Shown one piece after another: positions 5,970 to 14,902 of a DNA stretch of 17,963 nt. The stretch covers positions 1-17,963 of the forward strand of contig JAWXBZ010000044.1 of the NCBI GenBank assembly GCA_034440375.1, written 5' to 3'. Every line of letters starts with the position of its first letter. Positions within the stretch are counted from its first letter, which is position 1. Made by a program: the position numbers and the translations under genes. Source of the stretch: Candidatus Eiseniibacteriota bacterium (GTDB taxonomy: Bacteria; Eisenbacteria; RBG-16-71-46; JABDJR01; JAWXBZ01). Under the pieces are notes generated by a model that was not told the DNA's origin, did not search any database, and saw only the letters and a list, made by a program, of their open reading frames with translations.

Positions 5970-8900
5970 ATGCGCTTGTCAACCGGCTTCGCTCGGGTAT
6001 TCCTGCCTGCCGTGCTTCTGGTGGGGTTTCTGGCTGTGCCTGCCCGGGCGGCCAGCATCCGGTGGATCAACGCGGCCGGCGGGGACTGGGCCGAAGCCTC
6101 CAACTGGGAGACTGGCCAGGTGCCGGGCCCTCTCGACCGGGCGTTCATTGAACTTCCCGAAGACTTCACGGTGACCATTACCTCGGATGTGACAATCCGC
6201 TCGCTCACCCTGGGGGGTGAATTCGGCGTTCGCGTACTCCAGGTAAACGGGGTGACACTGTCGACAAGCCAGGGAATCACCGTCGGCGTCAATGATGTTG
6301 TTCAACTGGACTCCGCCACACTGTCCGGAGCGGGCATCGTCACCCTTTCCGGGCAGATCATTTCCGACGGATCATGCAGCATGACCTGTCCACTGGTGAC
6401 CACGACCACTTCGACCATTACGCTGAAGCGCGCCCTGAGCGTGAGCAACGGCTTCACCAATCATGGGTTGATCAAGTACATGGAAGGGACTTTCCACAGG
6501 GAATTGACGGTCGTCACCGGGGTTCTCACCAACAGCCCCACCGGCATCATTTCCTCCGTGGACGTCAACCTGTGGAACTCGTACCTCTACGCGGCATTGG
6601 ACAACCAGGGAACGATGAACGTCACATTTCTGCACATCGAGAAGTCTGGCGCGGCGCATGTGAACAGCGGCACCATCGTAATTTCAACCGGGGGTTTTTA
6701 CCCCGGTCTGTATGTCTCTCAATTCAACCTGAATTCCACATTCACAACGAGCGGCTCGATAACAGTCGCAGCTTCTTCCGAGTTCCGGGTTACCGGGGGA
6801 GAGTTGAACCAGACTGCGGGAAGCATTTCGGGCCCTGGAAAATTAAGACTTGATGCCGCGGCCACGGGAACCTTTGCCTCGAATCCGAGCACGGGTGAAA
6901 TCGAACTCGATGGCGCGTTAGCCTATTTCCCCTCACCGCTTGTCCACGGAGCGCAGGTCCTGACGTTCCGCAACACGGGAATCGTCGCGCCCAGCCTGAC
7001 GATCGAGGCAGGTCGCGTCCTTATCCTTCCAGGTTCACACAATTGGGAAATCCCCAACGTCAGGAACTTTGGGACGCTGGAAATCCGCAATTCCACCAGG
7101 ATGATTGGAGGAACCTGCATCAACCTGGCCGGCGCGTTGATCATGATCAAGGGATTTCTTACGGTCGATTCGGGCTTCCTGAATTACGGCGAGATAGACG
7201 TCACCCCGCCGACACCCACCGTTGCCGGGATCGCCATGTCGAGCGGGGAGCTCGTGAATGCTCCAGGGGGTCACATCGAAATCGGCGCCGGTGCCGGGGG
7301 CACCCGTCGGCTGTCGCTGAAGCTTCGGAATGAGGGCATTGTCGACATTCGATATCCGGTAATACTCGAGATGGTTGGAGTCCAGCAGTACAACCAGAAC
7401 GCCATCAATATCCTCGGGGGCGATCTGACGGTCAGCCAGACCGGGACGACACCGTCGTTCTTTCATGCCGGAGGATTCATCCAAATCAGCCCCGGCATGG
7501 CTCTTCGAATGAACGGCGGCGAATTCACTTTTGGCGCCGGAGGCATCACGGGTCGCGGGACACTGGCTCTTACCAACACCTCGGCCAACTTCGGCACCAG
7601 CCCAAACCTCGGGGCCCTTGTCATGCAGGGGTCCACCGCCTCGTTTCCCGGAGGCTTCGAAACATATTATACGAGCCTGAACCTCGCCAACTCCTCCCTC
7701 TCATGCGAAACCATCGTGAATGCTTTCGACCATACGATCCCGATCAATGCGTCGACGATCAATGCGGCAATGACCAATGCGGGCACACTCGACATCCAGG
7801 GCGCATCCAGTCTCCTGGGTCTCCTGGACAATCAGGGCCTCATGACCATTCAGAACGGCTTGACCCTGAACAAAGACGGGGCCGATCATCTGAACTCCGG
7901 TTCCATCCAGGTAAACGGCGGAACGTTTGCCATCATGCAAAGTCCGGTCGGGACACCCTCGTTTACGAACAAAGGGACCAGCCGAGTTTCCGCGGGAGCG
8001 GTCCTCCGACCGATCGGCGGTTCATTCACGAACGATGTGACCGGCGTGTTGGCCGGCACGGGAACCTTCGACATGAGCGTCACGAGCTTCGTGAATAACG
8101 GAACCATCAGTCCGGGTGCCTCGCCCGGAATCATGAACTTCGAGGGAGCGCTGGTCATGGGGCCGACCTCGGTGCTCGACATCGAGATCGGTGGAGTGGC
8201 CGCGGGTGCCGATTACGATCGGCTGAGCGTGATCGGGACCGCGGTTCTGGACGGCAGCCTGCGTTTTACCATGCTGAACGGCTTTGCTTCGGTGCCGGGT
8301 GATAGTTTTGAGGTGATGACTTTCGGCTCACACTTCGGGGCTTTCGACCAGTTCACCGGATTGGACATGGGGGGAGACCGCTACCTGGTCGCCCTTCCGA
8401 GGCCGGCCGACTCCGGGCCGAACCCCATCACCTTCCGCACCTTGCGTCAGAAATGGACCTCCTTGGTTCCAGGTGGAGCGACGCCCGGGGCGCGGCAGGG
8501 GCACAGTGCCGTCTACGATGCCGCTTCGAATCGGATGATCGTATTTGGCGGACGAGGCTCGAGTGGCGTGCTCGGCGACGCCTGGATTTTGTCGAACGCA
8601 AACGGGCTGGGCGGTACCCCGGCCTGGACGCCCCTTTCCACCAGCGGCACCCCCCCCGCGAGTCGCGAGGGACACTCGGCCGTATACGACGCGGCGAGCA
8701 ACCGGATGATCCTCTTTGGCGGAGTTGACGGCGCAGTAGACCCCGCAAGTTTCGGCGACACCTGGGTGTTGTCGAACGCCAACGGGCTTTCCGGGACTCC
8801 CACGTGGACCGAGATCCTCCCCGTCTCCGGATCGCCGGGCCGGCGTAGCGGACATGGCGCGGGCTACAATCCGGTGACACGGCGAATGGTTGTATTCGGC

Positions 8901-9821
8901 GGGTCATCCGAGATTGCCTCGTGCGACCTGGCTTCGCCCGATATCTGGGTGCTCGCCAATGCCAACGGCCTCGGAGGACCGCCGTCCTGGATCCTTCTGA
9001 ATCCCGCGGGTGTGCCACCCACTTCGCGCTTCGACGGAGCGATCGCCTATGATCCTGCTGGTAACCGGCTGATCGTCTTTGGCGGCGAGGGTCCCTGTCC
9101 GGCCGTTAACGCTGACACGTTCATTCTCGAGGGTGCGGACGGAGTCTCCGGCACGCCCGCCTGGAGTCAACGTTCCTTCGCTTCGCCCACCCCCCCCGCG
9201 GTCACCGGCATGGACGGCATCTATGACGGCGCTCTCGACCGTTTCATGTCCTTCGGCGGGCGGAAGGCGGACGGCGGACTGGACTCATCCGGAGAGGTTT
9301 TGTTCCTCACCAACGTCAACGGCGCGGGCAGTTCCGGTTGGACGACGCTTCCGCCTCCGATTACGCGGCCGGAGCCACGCACCCGCCACTCGGCAACCTA
9401 TGACATGGTGAACCACCGGATGACGGTATTCGGAGGTTCCGGCGCGGGCGGACTCCTCGGCGATTCATGGGTCATCGAGATCAGCGGCGAACCAATAGCC
9501 GTTTCATCGGTGGAATCCACCCTGCCCCCACGCATCGTTGCAGGGATCGTGACCTTCAGCCGCGCACCGAGCCCGAATCCCACTCCACGCGGAACGCTCT
9601 TTTCCGTCTACGCCCGTGAGGACGCGGCCGCGCGGATCACCGTGTTCGATGTCACGGGTCGCGAAGTGGCCGTCGTGTTCGATGGCCGCCTGGCCCGGGG
9701 CGACCATGCTCTCGCGTGGGACGGAGTGTCGTCGAGCGGCGAGGCGGCCTCCGGTGTCTACTTCCTCCGTCTCGAGAGCGGTTCGGACCGGGAGATGCAA
9801 CGCATCGTCCTCGCCCGTTGA
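5970..9821 (+). CDS. Large secreted protein: signal peptide, beta-helix-like repeats, Kelch propeller, C-terminal FlgD-Ig/T9SS-like domain
   Basis: SD GGAAGGAAGG; signal peptide ending PARA-A; recurring NxGxIxI motifs; six R-x-x-H/S...YD...R(M/L)xxFGG...W Kelch units; tail PNPT..VFDVTGREV..WDG..SGVYFLRL..QRIVLAR. Confidence 0.85.
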   Translation: MRLSTGFARVFLPAVLLVGFLAVPARAASIRWINAAGGDWAEASNWETGQVPGPLDRAFIELPEDFTVTITSDVTIRSLTLGGEFGVRVLQVNGVTLSTSQGITVGVNDVVQLDSATLSGAGIVTLSGQIISDGSCSMTCPLVTTTTSTITLKRALSVSNGFTNHGLIKYMEGTFHRELTVVTGVLTNSPTGIISSVDVNLWNSYLYAALDNQGTMNVTFLHIEKSGAAHVNSGTIVISTGGFYPGLYVSQFNLNSTFTTSGSITVAASSEFRVTGGELNQTAGSISGPGKLRLDAAATGTFASNPSTGEIELDGALAYFPSPLVHGAQVLTFRNTGIVAPSLTIEAGRVLILPGSHNWEIPNVRNFGTLEIRNSTRMIGGTCINLAGALIMIKGFLTVDSGFLNYGEIDVTPPTPTVAGIAMSSGELVNAPGGHIEIGAGAGGTRRLSLKLRNEGIVDIRYPVILEMVGVQQYNQNAINILGGDLTVSQTGTTPSFFHAGGFIQISPGMALRMNGGEFTFGAGGITGRGTLALTNTSANFGTSPNLGALVMQGSTASFPGGFETYYTSLNLANSSLSCETIVNAFDHTIPINASTINAAMTNAGTLDIQGASSLLGLLDNQGLMTIQNGLTLNKDGADHLNSGSIQVNGGTFAIMQSPVGTPSFTNKGTSRVSAGAVLRPIGGSFTNDVTGVLAGTGTFDMSVTSFVNNGTISPGASPGIMNFEGALVMGPTSVLDIEIGGVAAGADYDRLSVIGTAVLDGSLRFTMLNGFASVPGDSFEVMTFGSHFGAFDQFTGLDMGGDRYLVALPRPADSGPNPITFRTLRQKWTSLVPGGATPGARQGHSAVYDAASNRMIVFGGRGSSGVLGDAWILSNANGLGGTPAWTPLSTSGTPPASREGHSAVYDAASNRMILFGGVDGAVDPASFGDTWVLSNANGLSGTPTWTEILPVSGSPGRRSGHGAGYNPVTRRMVVFGGSSEIASCDLASPDIWVLANANGLGGPPSWILLNPAGVPPTSRFDGAIAYDPAGNRLIVFGGEGPCPAVNADTFILEGADGVSGTPAWSQRSFASPTPPAVTGMDGIYDGALDRFMSFGGRKADGGLDSSGEVLFLTNVNGAGSSGWTTLPPPITRPEPRTRHSATYDMVNHRMTVFGGSGAGGLLGDSWVIEISGEPIAVSSVESTLPPRIVAGIVTFSRAPSPNPTPRGTLFSVYAREDAAARITVFDVTGREVAVVFDGRLARGDHALAWDGVSSSGEAASGVYFLRLESGSDREMQRIVLAR
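8451..9483 (+). repeat. Six tandem Kelch-like repeats within the CDS
   Basis: Units 1 and 2 share GHSAVYDAASNRMI(V/L)FGG. W(I/V)L(S/A)NANGL(G/S)G(T/P)PxW recurs three times and degenerately twice more. Boundaries approximate. Confidence 0.85.
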
Positions 9822-9861
9822 GGGGCCCAGTCGGCACTTCGCGAAGGATTCAGGCCTTGAA

Positions 9862-12185
9862 CTAGGTTCGAATGACAGTTGCGGCGGCAGTTGGCATTTC
9901 GGGCGTGTCGGAGGTCACGGGTTGTTGGCCCAACGCGGCTCCGGGCTCCACCCTGTCAACCGTGACCTCTTCGCTCCCGCGAGCCGAGGTCCGGGCCCGC
10001 TGGATCACCGTCAGAACCAGGCCGCCCATCACGAGGAATGTGCCGAGCCACAAGATTCCAATGTACGGCTTGATGCCGACCTCCAGATAAAGGGTGTCGA
10101 TCGGCGAGTCGTAATTTGTGGAGTTCGCCTCACGAATGTAGAAAAGCGCTCGCCCCGCCTTCGGATCGACGCGCCGAAGGATGAACTTCGAGCCATCGAC
10201 TGCCGAGAGGGCCTCCTCGTAGCTCTGCCCCTCGCCCGTCGCCCGGACAAGCGGCTTGATAATCTCGGTGCGACCGCCACGGATCACCTCCAGCATCGCC
10301 GCGATCTCGATTCGTTCCGGTTTCATGGAGCGCGGTTCGAATCCGATGAACCGGATGCGACTCTCGCCGATATTGGTTGACTCCCCTTCCCCGAGAGTGA
10401 CCTCGTGCCGGACCATCTTGTCGAGAGCCTGGTCACGGTCGACTCCCTGGGGCGCCAGGTAAAGGTCCTCGCGCACAAAGCGATGAATGCCCGGGCGGCG
10501 CATGACGGCGTTGCTGAACCGCGAGAAGAACATGACCGGGCTCACCACGAGCGACTGATCGTCCCCGGTCAGGACGGTCACGTCGTAGGCGGTCTTGGAG
10601 CCTTCGTCGATCGACCGTTCGCCGGTCCAGGTCAGGCGGTATCCGAGCGCCTCGGCCATCTGGCCTCGATGGAGGATGATGGTTTCGGCGGTGTCGTATA
10701 CCGTGCTGGTGATGATCCCGAGAATCATGAGGCCGATACCGACGTGAGCGATGTAGCCGCCGGCCATGGCGGGCTTTCTGGTCATGGTGACCAGAACGAT
10801 CTCAAGATTCACGAAGATTGCCGTAGTCGTCGTAAAGACGAGCCCGAGATGGTGGGGCTTGTGAACACCCAGAAGGCCGAACAGGACAGTGGCAAGCGCC
10901 GCCAGAACGAGCGGCGAGAGCAGGGCCCTCCAGAGCGGCTGCCGGCGCGGGTGGCCCCACAGGAGAAGCGGGCCGACAGCCAGAAGGCTGGTAATGAGCA
11001 TGCCGAAGGGCACGGCGGTGACATGGTAGTAGCTCAGGGCCACGTTCGAGGGCTTGCCACCGATCCGGGTCAGCAGCGGCGCCGAGGTCCCGAGAAGGAT
11101 GACGACGGCGAAGAGGAGAATGGTGAGTGCCCCGAGGAACATGGCGTACTCGCGGGTCAGCCCGCTCGGCTCCTCGTGCCGGGTGGCGATCGCTGCAGGG
11201 CTTCTTCGACCCATCCGCCAGGCGTAAAGCCCGAACCCGAGGAGACCGTAGACAATCACGAAGGCGATGAGCAGCCCGTTGATTCCCAGGTCGACGAACG
11301 AGTGAACGGAGAAATCACCCAGGACGCCGCTTCGGGTAAGGAAGGTGCTGTAGAGAATCAGCATGAACGCCGAAACGGCGAGAAAAAGATTCATGCGGGC
11401 CATCGTTCCCCGTCGGCGCTGAACCACCAGCCCGTGCAGAAGGGCCAGACCGAACATCCAGGGGACCAGCGAGGAATTCTCCACCGGGTCCCATCCCCAG
11501 TAGCCGCCCCAGCCGAGTGTGCGATAGGCCCAGTAGCCGCCAAGGCAGATGGCCGTGCCGAGCACCAGGACGCCGAATGCCGTCCAGGGCAGGACGGGTC
11601 GGACCCATTCCTGCTCGTCGCCGCGCGCCATGGCGTGCATGGCGAAGGCCGCCGGGATCGTGAACGAGGCGAATCCGACGAAGAGGAGCGGGGGATGAAT
11701 GACCATCCAGTAATCCTGCAGCAGCGGGTTCAATCCCGCCCCATCGAGTGGCGTGGTCGGCAGGAGCGCAAACGGCGAGAGCTTGACCAGGATCATCAAC
11801 AGGAATATCTGCAGCACCAGGACGAACGACATGACGCCGGATTCGAATTTTTTCCCGGTGATGATGACGAAGATGCCGAGCACCGCCGTGTAGAGAGCCC
11901 AGAGGAGAAAAGTGCCCTCCTGCCCGGCCCAGAAGGTCGATACCAGGAAATGGAGCGGCAGATCATTACTGGAGTAACGATAGACGTACGAGTACTGGTA
12001 CTGGTGCGTCAGGACCAGGCGCATGAGCACAGGACGGCACCGACCAGGCAAATCGTCATGACGATATGTGCGATCCGCGCCGGGGTCTTCCAGGCGTCCT
12101 TGCCACGGGAAGACATGACGAAGCCAACGAGAGCGATCAGGGCGCCGACCAGCGCGCCGATGATCAATTCCCTACCCGGCATCAT
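9862..12185 (-). CDS. ccmF: Cytochrome c maturation heme lyase CcmF, interrupted by a 1-nt frameshift near 12030 (sequencing error or pseudogene)
   Basis: WAGQEGTFLLW, GLNPLLQ..HPP, WAYRTLGWGGYWGWDPVEN, SVHSF and HVG. The two N-terminal hydrophobic segments (MMPGRELIIGALVG...CLVGAVL) start at 12185, overlapping the ccmE stop (TGATG), in a different frame from the main 9862-12030 frame. Confidence 0.9.
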
Positions 12186-12637
12186 CAGGTGCCCGCCGCG
12201 GAATCTGCCTTTGACGGCAGGCGCATCCGTTCGGGAATCGGCACGCTGGTCGGAGGCTCGGCGGCGCCCGGATAGGTCGACTCGTACTTGGAGGGGCACT
12301 TGACCAGAATCTGGTCCGCTTCGAGGACCCCCGATTCAAAGCGACCGATCGCCACCACCGATTCGGCCTGCTCGAAGTTTCCGGGCTTGGGTCCGCGAAA
12401 GATGACATCCATGGAGGCGCCGGAAGCCTCGGTCATCGTGAAGCGGAAGGCTTTCTGTTCCGGGTCGAGGCGAGCCCCCGCATGATCGGGGGCCCCCTTG
12501 ACCTGCACCACCCGGTGAGCCACCCGCGCCTCGGCGAAGCTGACGTACGGAGTCAACGACTTCTGGAAGGAAAACAGCGCCCCGGCCATGGCAAGGCCGA
12601 TCACGGCACCGCCGAGAACCAGTTTTCGGGTGGTCAT
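12185..12637 (-). CDS. ccmE: Cytochrome c maturation heme chaperone CcmE, CxxxY variant
   Basis: N-terminal membrane anchor; OB-fold pattern V.F.G.KP.NF....VV..G; ILVKCPSKY with CPSKY at 12298-12284. Confidence 0.93.
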   Translation of the reverse strand: MTTRKLVLGGAVIGLAMAGALFSFQKSLTPYVSFAEARVAHRVVQVKGAPDHAGARLDPEQKAFRFTMTEASGASMDVIFRGPKPGNFEQAESVVAIGRFESGVLEADQILVKCPSKYESTYPGAAEPPTSVPIPERMRLPSKADSAAGT

Positions 12638-12747
12638 GGCTGCCGGTCCTTGATCTTCCGGATTTCCCGGTCCAGGTGGAGCAGGTAGAAGAAGAGACCC
12701 ACCCAGACCACCAGGAGCACCGACAGCACTTTCAATTCTGCACTCAT
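12634..12747 (-). CDS. ccmD: CcmD-family small membrane protein (37 aa)
   Basis: MSAELKVLSVLLVVWVGLFFYLLHLDREIRKIKDRQP: one TM helix plus a charged tail, between ccmC and ccmE; stop overlaps the ccmE start (ATGA). Below the ORF-track cutoff. Confidence 0.85.
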   Translation of the reverse strand: MSAELKVLSVLLVVWVGLFFYLLHLDREIRKIKDRQP

Positions 12748-12759
12748 GTCAGCGGAATT

Positions 12760-13476
12760 CTACCATCGATCGCGCGCCCGCACGATTGACACCTTGAGAT
12801 GCCATAGCCAGCCGAAAAGGATCGTGAAGAGGGTCAGTGATGAGAGAAAGACAACCAGCAACTCCTTGTCCATCTGCATTTTGCCGCGCCGGTCCAGGAT
12901 CGGCGCCGGATGCAGCGACTCGACCATCCGGGGAACGATGAAGACCAGGAACGGCACCATGAGAAATGCCAGGATGGCGTAGACGGCCGAGAGCCGGGCC
13001 CGAGTCGTCTCCGTTGGGATGGCCGATCGAAGGGCAAAGTAAGCCCCGTAGATCAGAATCAGGATCAGGATCGATGTTTCGCGCGGATCCCAGTTCCAGA
13101 AGGAACCCCACTCGTATCGGGCCCAGATCGAGCCCGTCACGGTGGCCATGATTCCGAACAGGAGGCCCAGTTCAGAAGCCGTGGCCGCCTTCAGATCGGC
13201 CAGCCGGCTCCCCGTGCGCAATACCTGGATGGAGTGAATCGTGGCGACCAGAAAGGCGATAGTGGCCACCCATGACATCGGAACATGAAAGATCATGATT
13301 CGAAAGAGCGGCCAGGGTTCCGGTTTCCAGCTGTTTGTCGCAGCGTCCCAGGCAGGGCGTTGTACCACCGGCAGCCAGAGAAACGTGGCGGCGAGGACGA
13401 GGATCATCCCCAGGAAAAGCAGCCATTTCCACCAGTGACGGAAGAACCAATTGCCGTCGCGTTGGGCGCTCGACAT
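12760..13476 (-). CDS. ccmC: Heme exporter protein CcmC
   Basis: WWD motif WARYEWGSFWNWDPRET with flanking His ligands in FHVP and LHP; about six hydrophobic segments. Confidence 0.93.
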   Translation of the reverse strand: MSSAQRDGNWFFRHWWKWLLFLGMILVLAATFLWLPVVQRPAWDAATNSWKPEPWPLFRIMIFHVPMSWVATIAFLVATIHSIQVLRTGSRLADLKAATASELGLLFGIMATVTGSIWARYEWGSFWNWDPRETSILILILIYGAYFALRSAIPTETTRARLSAVYAILAFLMVPFLVFIVPRMVESLHPAPILDRRGKMQMDKELLVVFLSSLTLFTILFGWLWHLKVSIVRARDRW

Positions 13477-13478
13477 GG

Positions 13479-14156
13479 TCAGTCGTTCCAGACGAATTCA
13501 AACAGGAGGAGGCCGCCGGTGAACACCACGACAGCATACGAAAGAAGGACGCGCACTTCACCCCAGGCCACCGCACCGGTTCCCGGCGACAGCGACTCCC
13601 GCGTGGCGATGGTGCCGGTGACGATGACCGGAAGGAGCAGGGGAAGAGCCAGCGCCGCGAAGAGGGATCCCCGGTTCTGTGTTCGGGCCACGATGGCGGC
13701 CACCAGCGTCCCGGCGGCGGCGAGCCCGAGGCAACCCAGGCCGATGGCCAGGCAGAACGCGGCGGGATGGACCGGCGTCACATTGAGCAGGACCAGGAAG
13801 ATCGGCACCGTCACCAGCTCGACCAGCAGGATGAGGAGCAGGTTGAAAGCGAACTTGCCGCAATAGACCATGGCCGGCGAGGCCGAAAGCTTGAGCCATC
13901 CGGACGTCTGGCGCTCCTCCTCGTGGACGAAGCTGCGGGGCAAGCCGGCCATGGCGGCAAACACCATCAGGATCCAGAGAAATGCCGCCAGCATGTCGGG
14001 GCCCGGTCGGGCGCCGGCCAGCGACATCGACACCGCCACCAGGCTCGAGAGCGCGAACAGGAGGACGGCGTTCAGCGCATAGCGCGTTCGGAGTTCCGCG
14101 CGGGCATCCTTGGCCAGGATGGCCAGCGTCCGGCTAATCCAGGACGCGGAGCTCAA
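13479..14156 (-). CDS. ccmB: Heme exporter permease CcmB
   Basis: KDARAELR, RSFVHEEE..T...L, and L..PLLLPV; hydrophobic. Likely TTG start at 14156 after GGAGG, overlapping the ccmA end by 23 nt. Confidence 0.9.
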   Translation of the reverse strand: MSSASWISRTLAILAKDARAELRTRYALNAVLLFALSSLVAVSMSLAGARPGPDMLAAFLWILMVFAAMAGLPRSFVHEEERQTSGWLKLSASPAMVYCGKFAFNLLLILLVELVTVPIFLVLLNVTPVHPAAFCLAIGLGCLGLAAAGTLVAAIVARTQNRGSLFAALALPLLLPVIVTGTIATRESLSPGTGAVAWGEVRVLLSYAVVVFTGGLLLFEFVWND

Positions 14157-14760
14157 GGTGCCTCCCTCCCAGCGCCGCCTCGGCGGAATCGTTGGTGGCC
14201 AGCAGCACGGCGCCATCGCATCGCGCCTCGCCAATCAGGCGAGCGACCAGCGATCGACCCTCGTCATCGAGATTCGAGCCGGGTTCGTCCAGGATCAGAA
14301 GCGTCGGCCGACCGAGCCAGGCCATGGCCAGCTTGAGGCGCTGGCGTTGCCCGGTTGAGAGCGTGGCGGCCGGCGTCGGGAGGTGCACCGCCGGGAAGCC
14401 GGCCGCCTCAAGCCACTTGATCGCCTCCCGGCCGGCGTCCGCGCAACCCCGGATGCGGGCCAGGAAATCCAGGTTCTCCCGGGCGGACAGTTCACTCCAG
14501 GGCTGGAGATCCGGCGCCGCGTAGCCGGTCATTCCCCCACCTCGCTCCGCCCCCCCGGAGGTCGGCTTCAGGAGGCCGGCTGCGATCCGGAGCAGGGTGC
14601 TCTTGCCGGCGCCGTTGGCACCGGTCACGACCATGACGTCTCCAGGGGTCAGTGTCAGCGAAAGGCCGGCCAGGATCGTGCGTCCATCGAACTTGTGGGA
14701 TACGTCGGTCATCCGGAGAAGCGGGGCGTGGGGGCCGGCGGGCGGACGCGTGGGAGGCAT
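14134..14760 (-). CDS. ccmA: Heme exporter ABC ATPase CcmA
   Basis: Walker A GANGAGKST, signature LSTGQRQR, Walker B LLILDEP; first gene of the ccm cluster. Start placed at ATG 14760; the later Met in MTDVSH is an alternative. Confidence 0.85.
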   Translation of the reverse strand: MPPTRPPAGPHAPLLRMTDVSHKFDGRTILAGLSLTLTPGDVMVVTGANGAGKSTLLRIAAGLLKPTSGGAERGGGMTGYAAPDLQPWSELSARENLDFLARIRGCADAGREAIKWLEAAGFPAVHLPTPAATLSTGQRQRLKLAMAWLGRPTLLILDEPGSNLDDEGRSLVARLIGEARCDGAVLLATNDSAEAALGGRHLELRVLD

Positions 14761-14851
14761 GACCGGGCATCGTAGCAAGCGGGCGGAGGCGCCTGCCACC
14801 GGCCCGCTCGGCTGCCAGGCCGACCGGCCGGTGCGCCCGGGCGGCGTGTCG

Positions 14852-14893
14852 TATACTGGTGGGCCGATTTTCGTTTCAGTGCCCCGGAAGGAG
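14852..14893 (+). promoter_or_regulatory. Candidate -10 box and Shine-Dalgarno for yitJ
   Basis: TATACT at 14852-14857; AAGGAG at 14888-14893, 9 nt before the in-frame TTG at 14903. No clear -35. Confidence 0.5.
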
Positions 14894-14902
14894 ATTTCCC
14901 AG

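Noticed and set aside
8650..9197. Two C8 homopolymers (8650-8657 and 9190-9197) as phase-variation tracts
   Set aside because: Both encode Thr-Pro-Pro at equivalent positions of Kelch repeats, the frame is intact, and the tracts are short.
12020..12045. Programmed ribosomal frameshift in ccmF
   Set aside because: No slippery X XXY YYZ sequence or homopolymer at the junction; a simple indel is more parsimonious.
10405..12303. 632-aa plus-strand ORF and other long antisense ORFs (1324-2532, 2994-3962, 4763-5671, 13335-14336, 15079-16218)
   Set aside because: They are shadows of well-supported genes on the opposite strand, expected at high GC, with no recognisable motifs.
14858..14902. SAM riboswitch upstream of yitJ
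   Set aside because: The leader after the candidate -10 is only about 45 nt and shows no S-box-like consensus.
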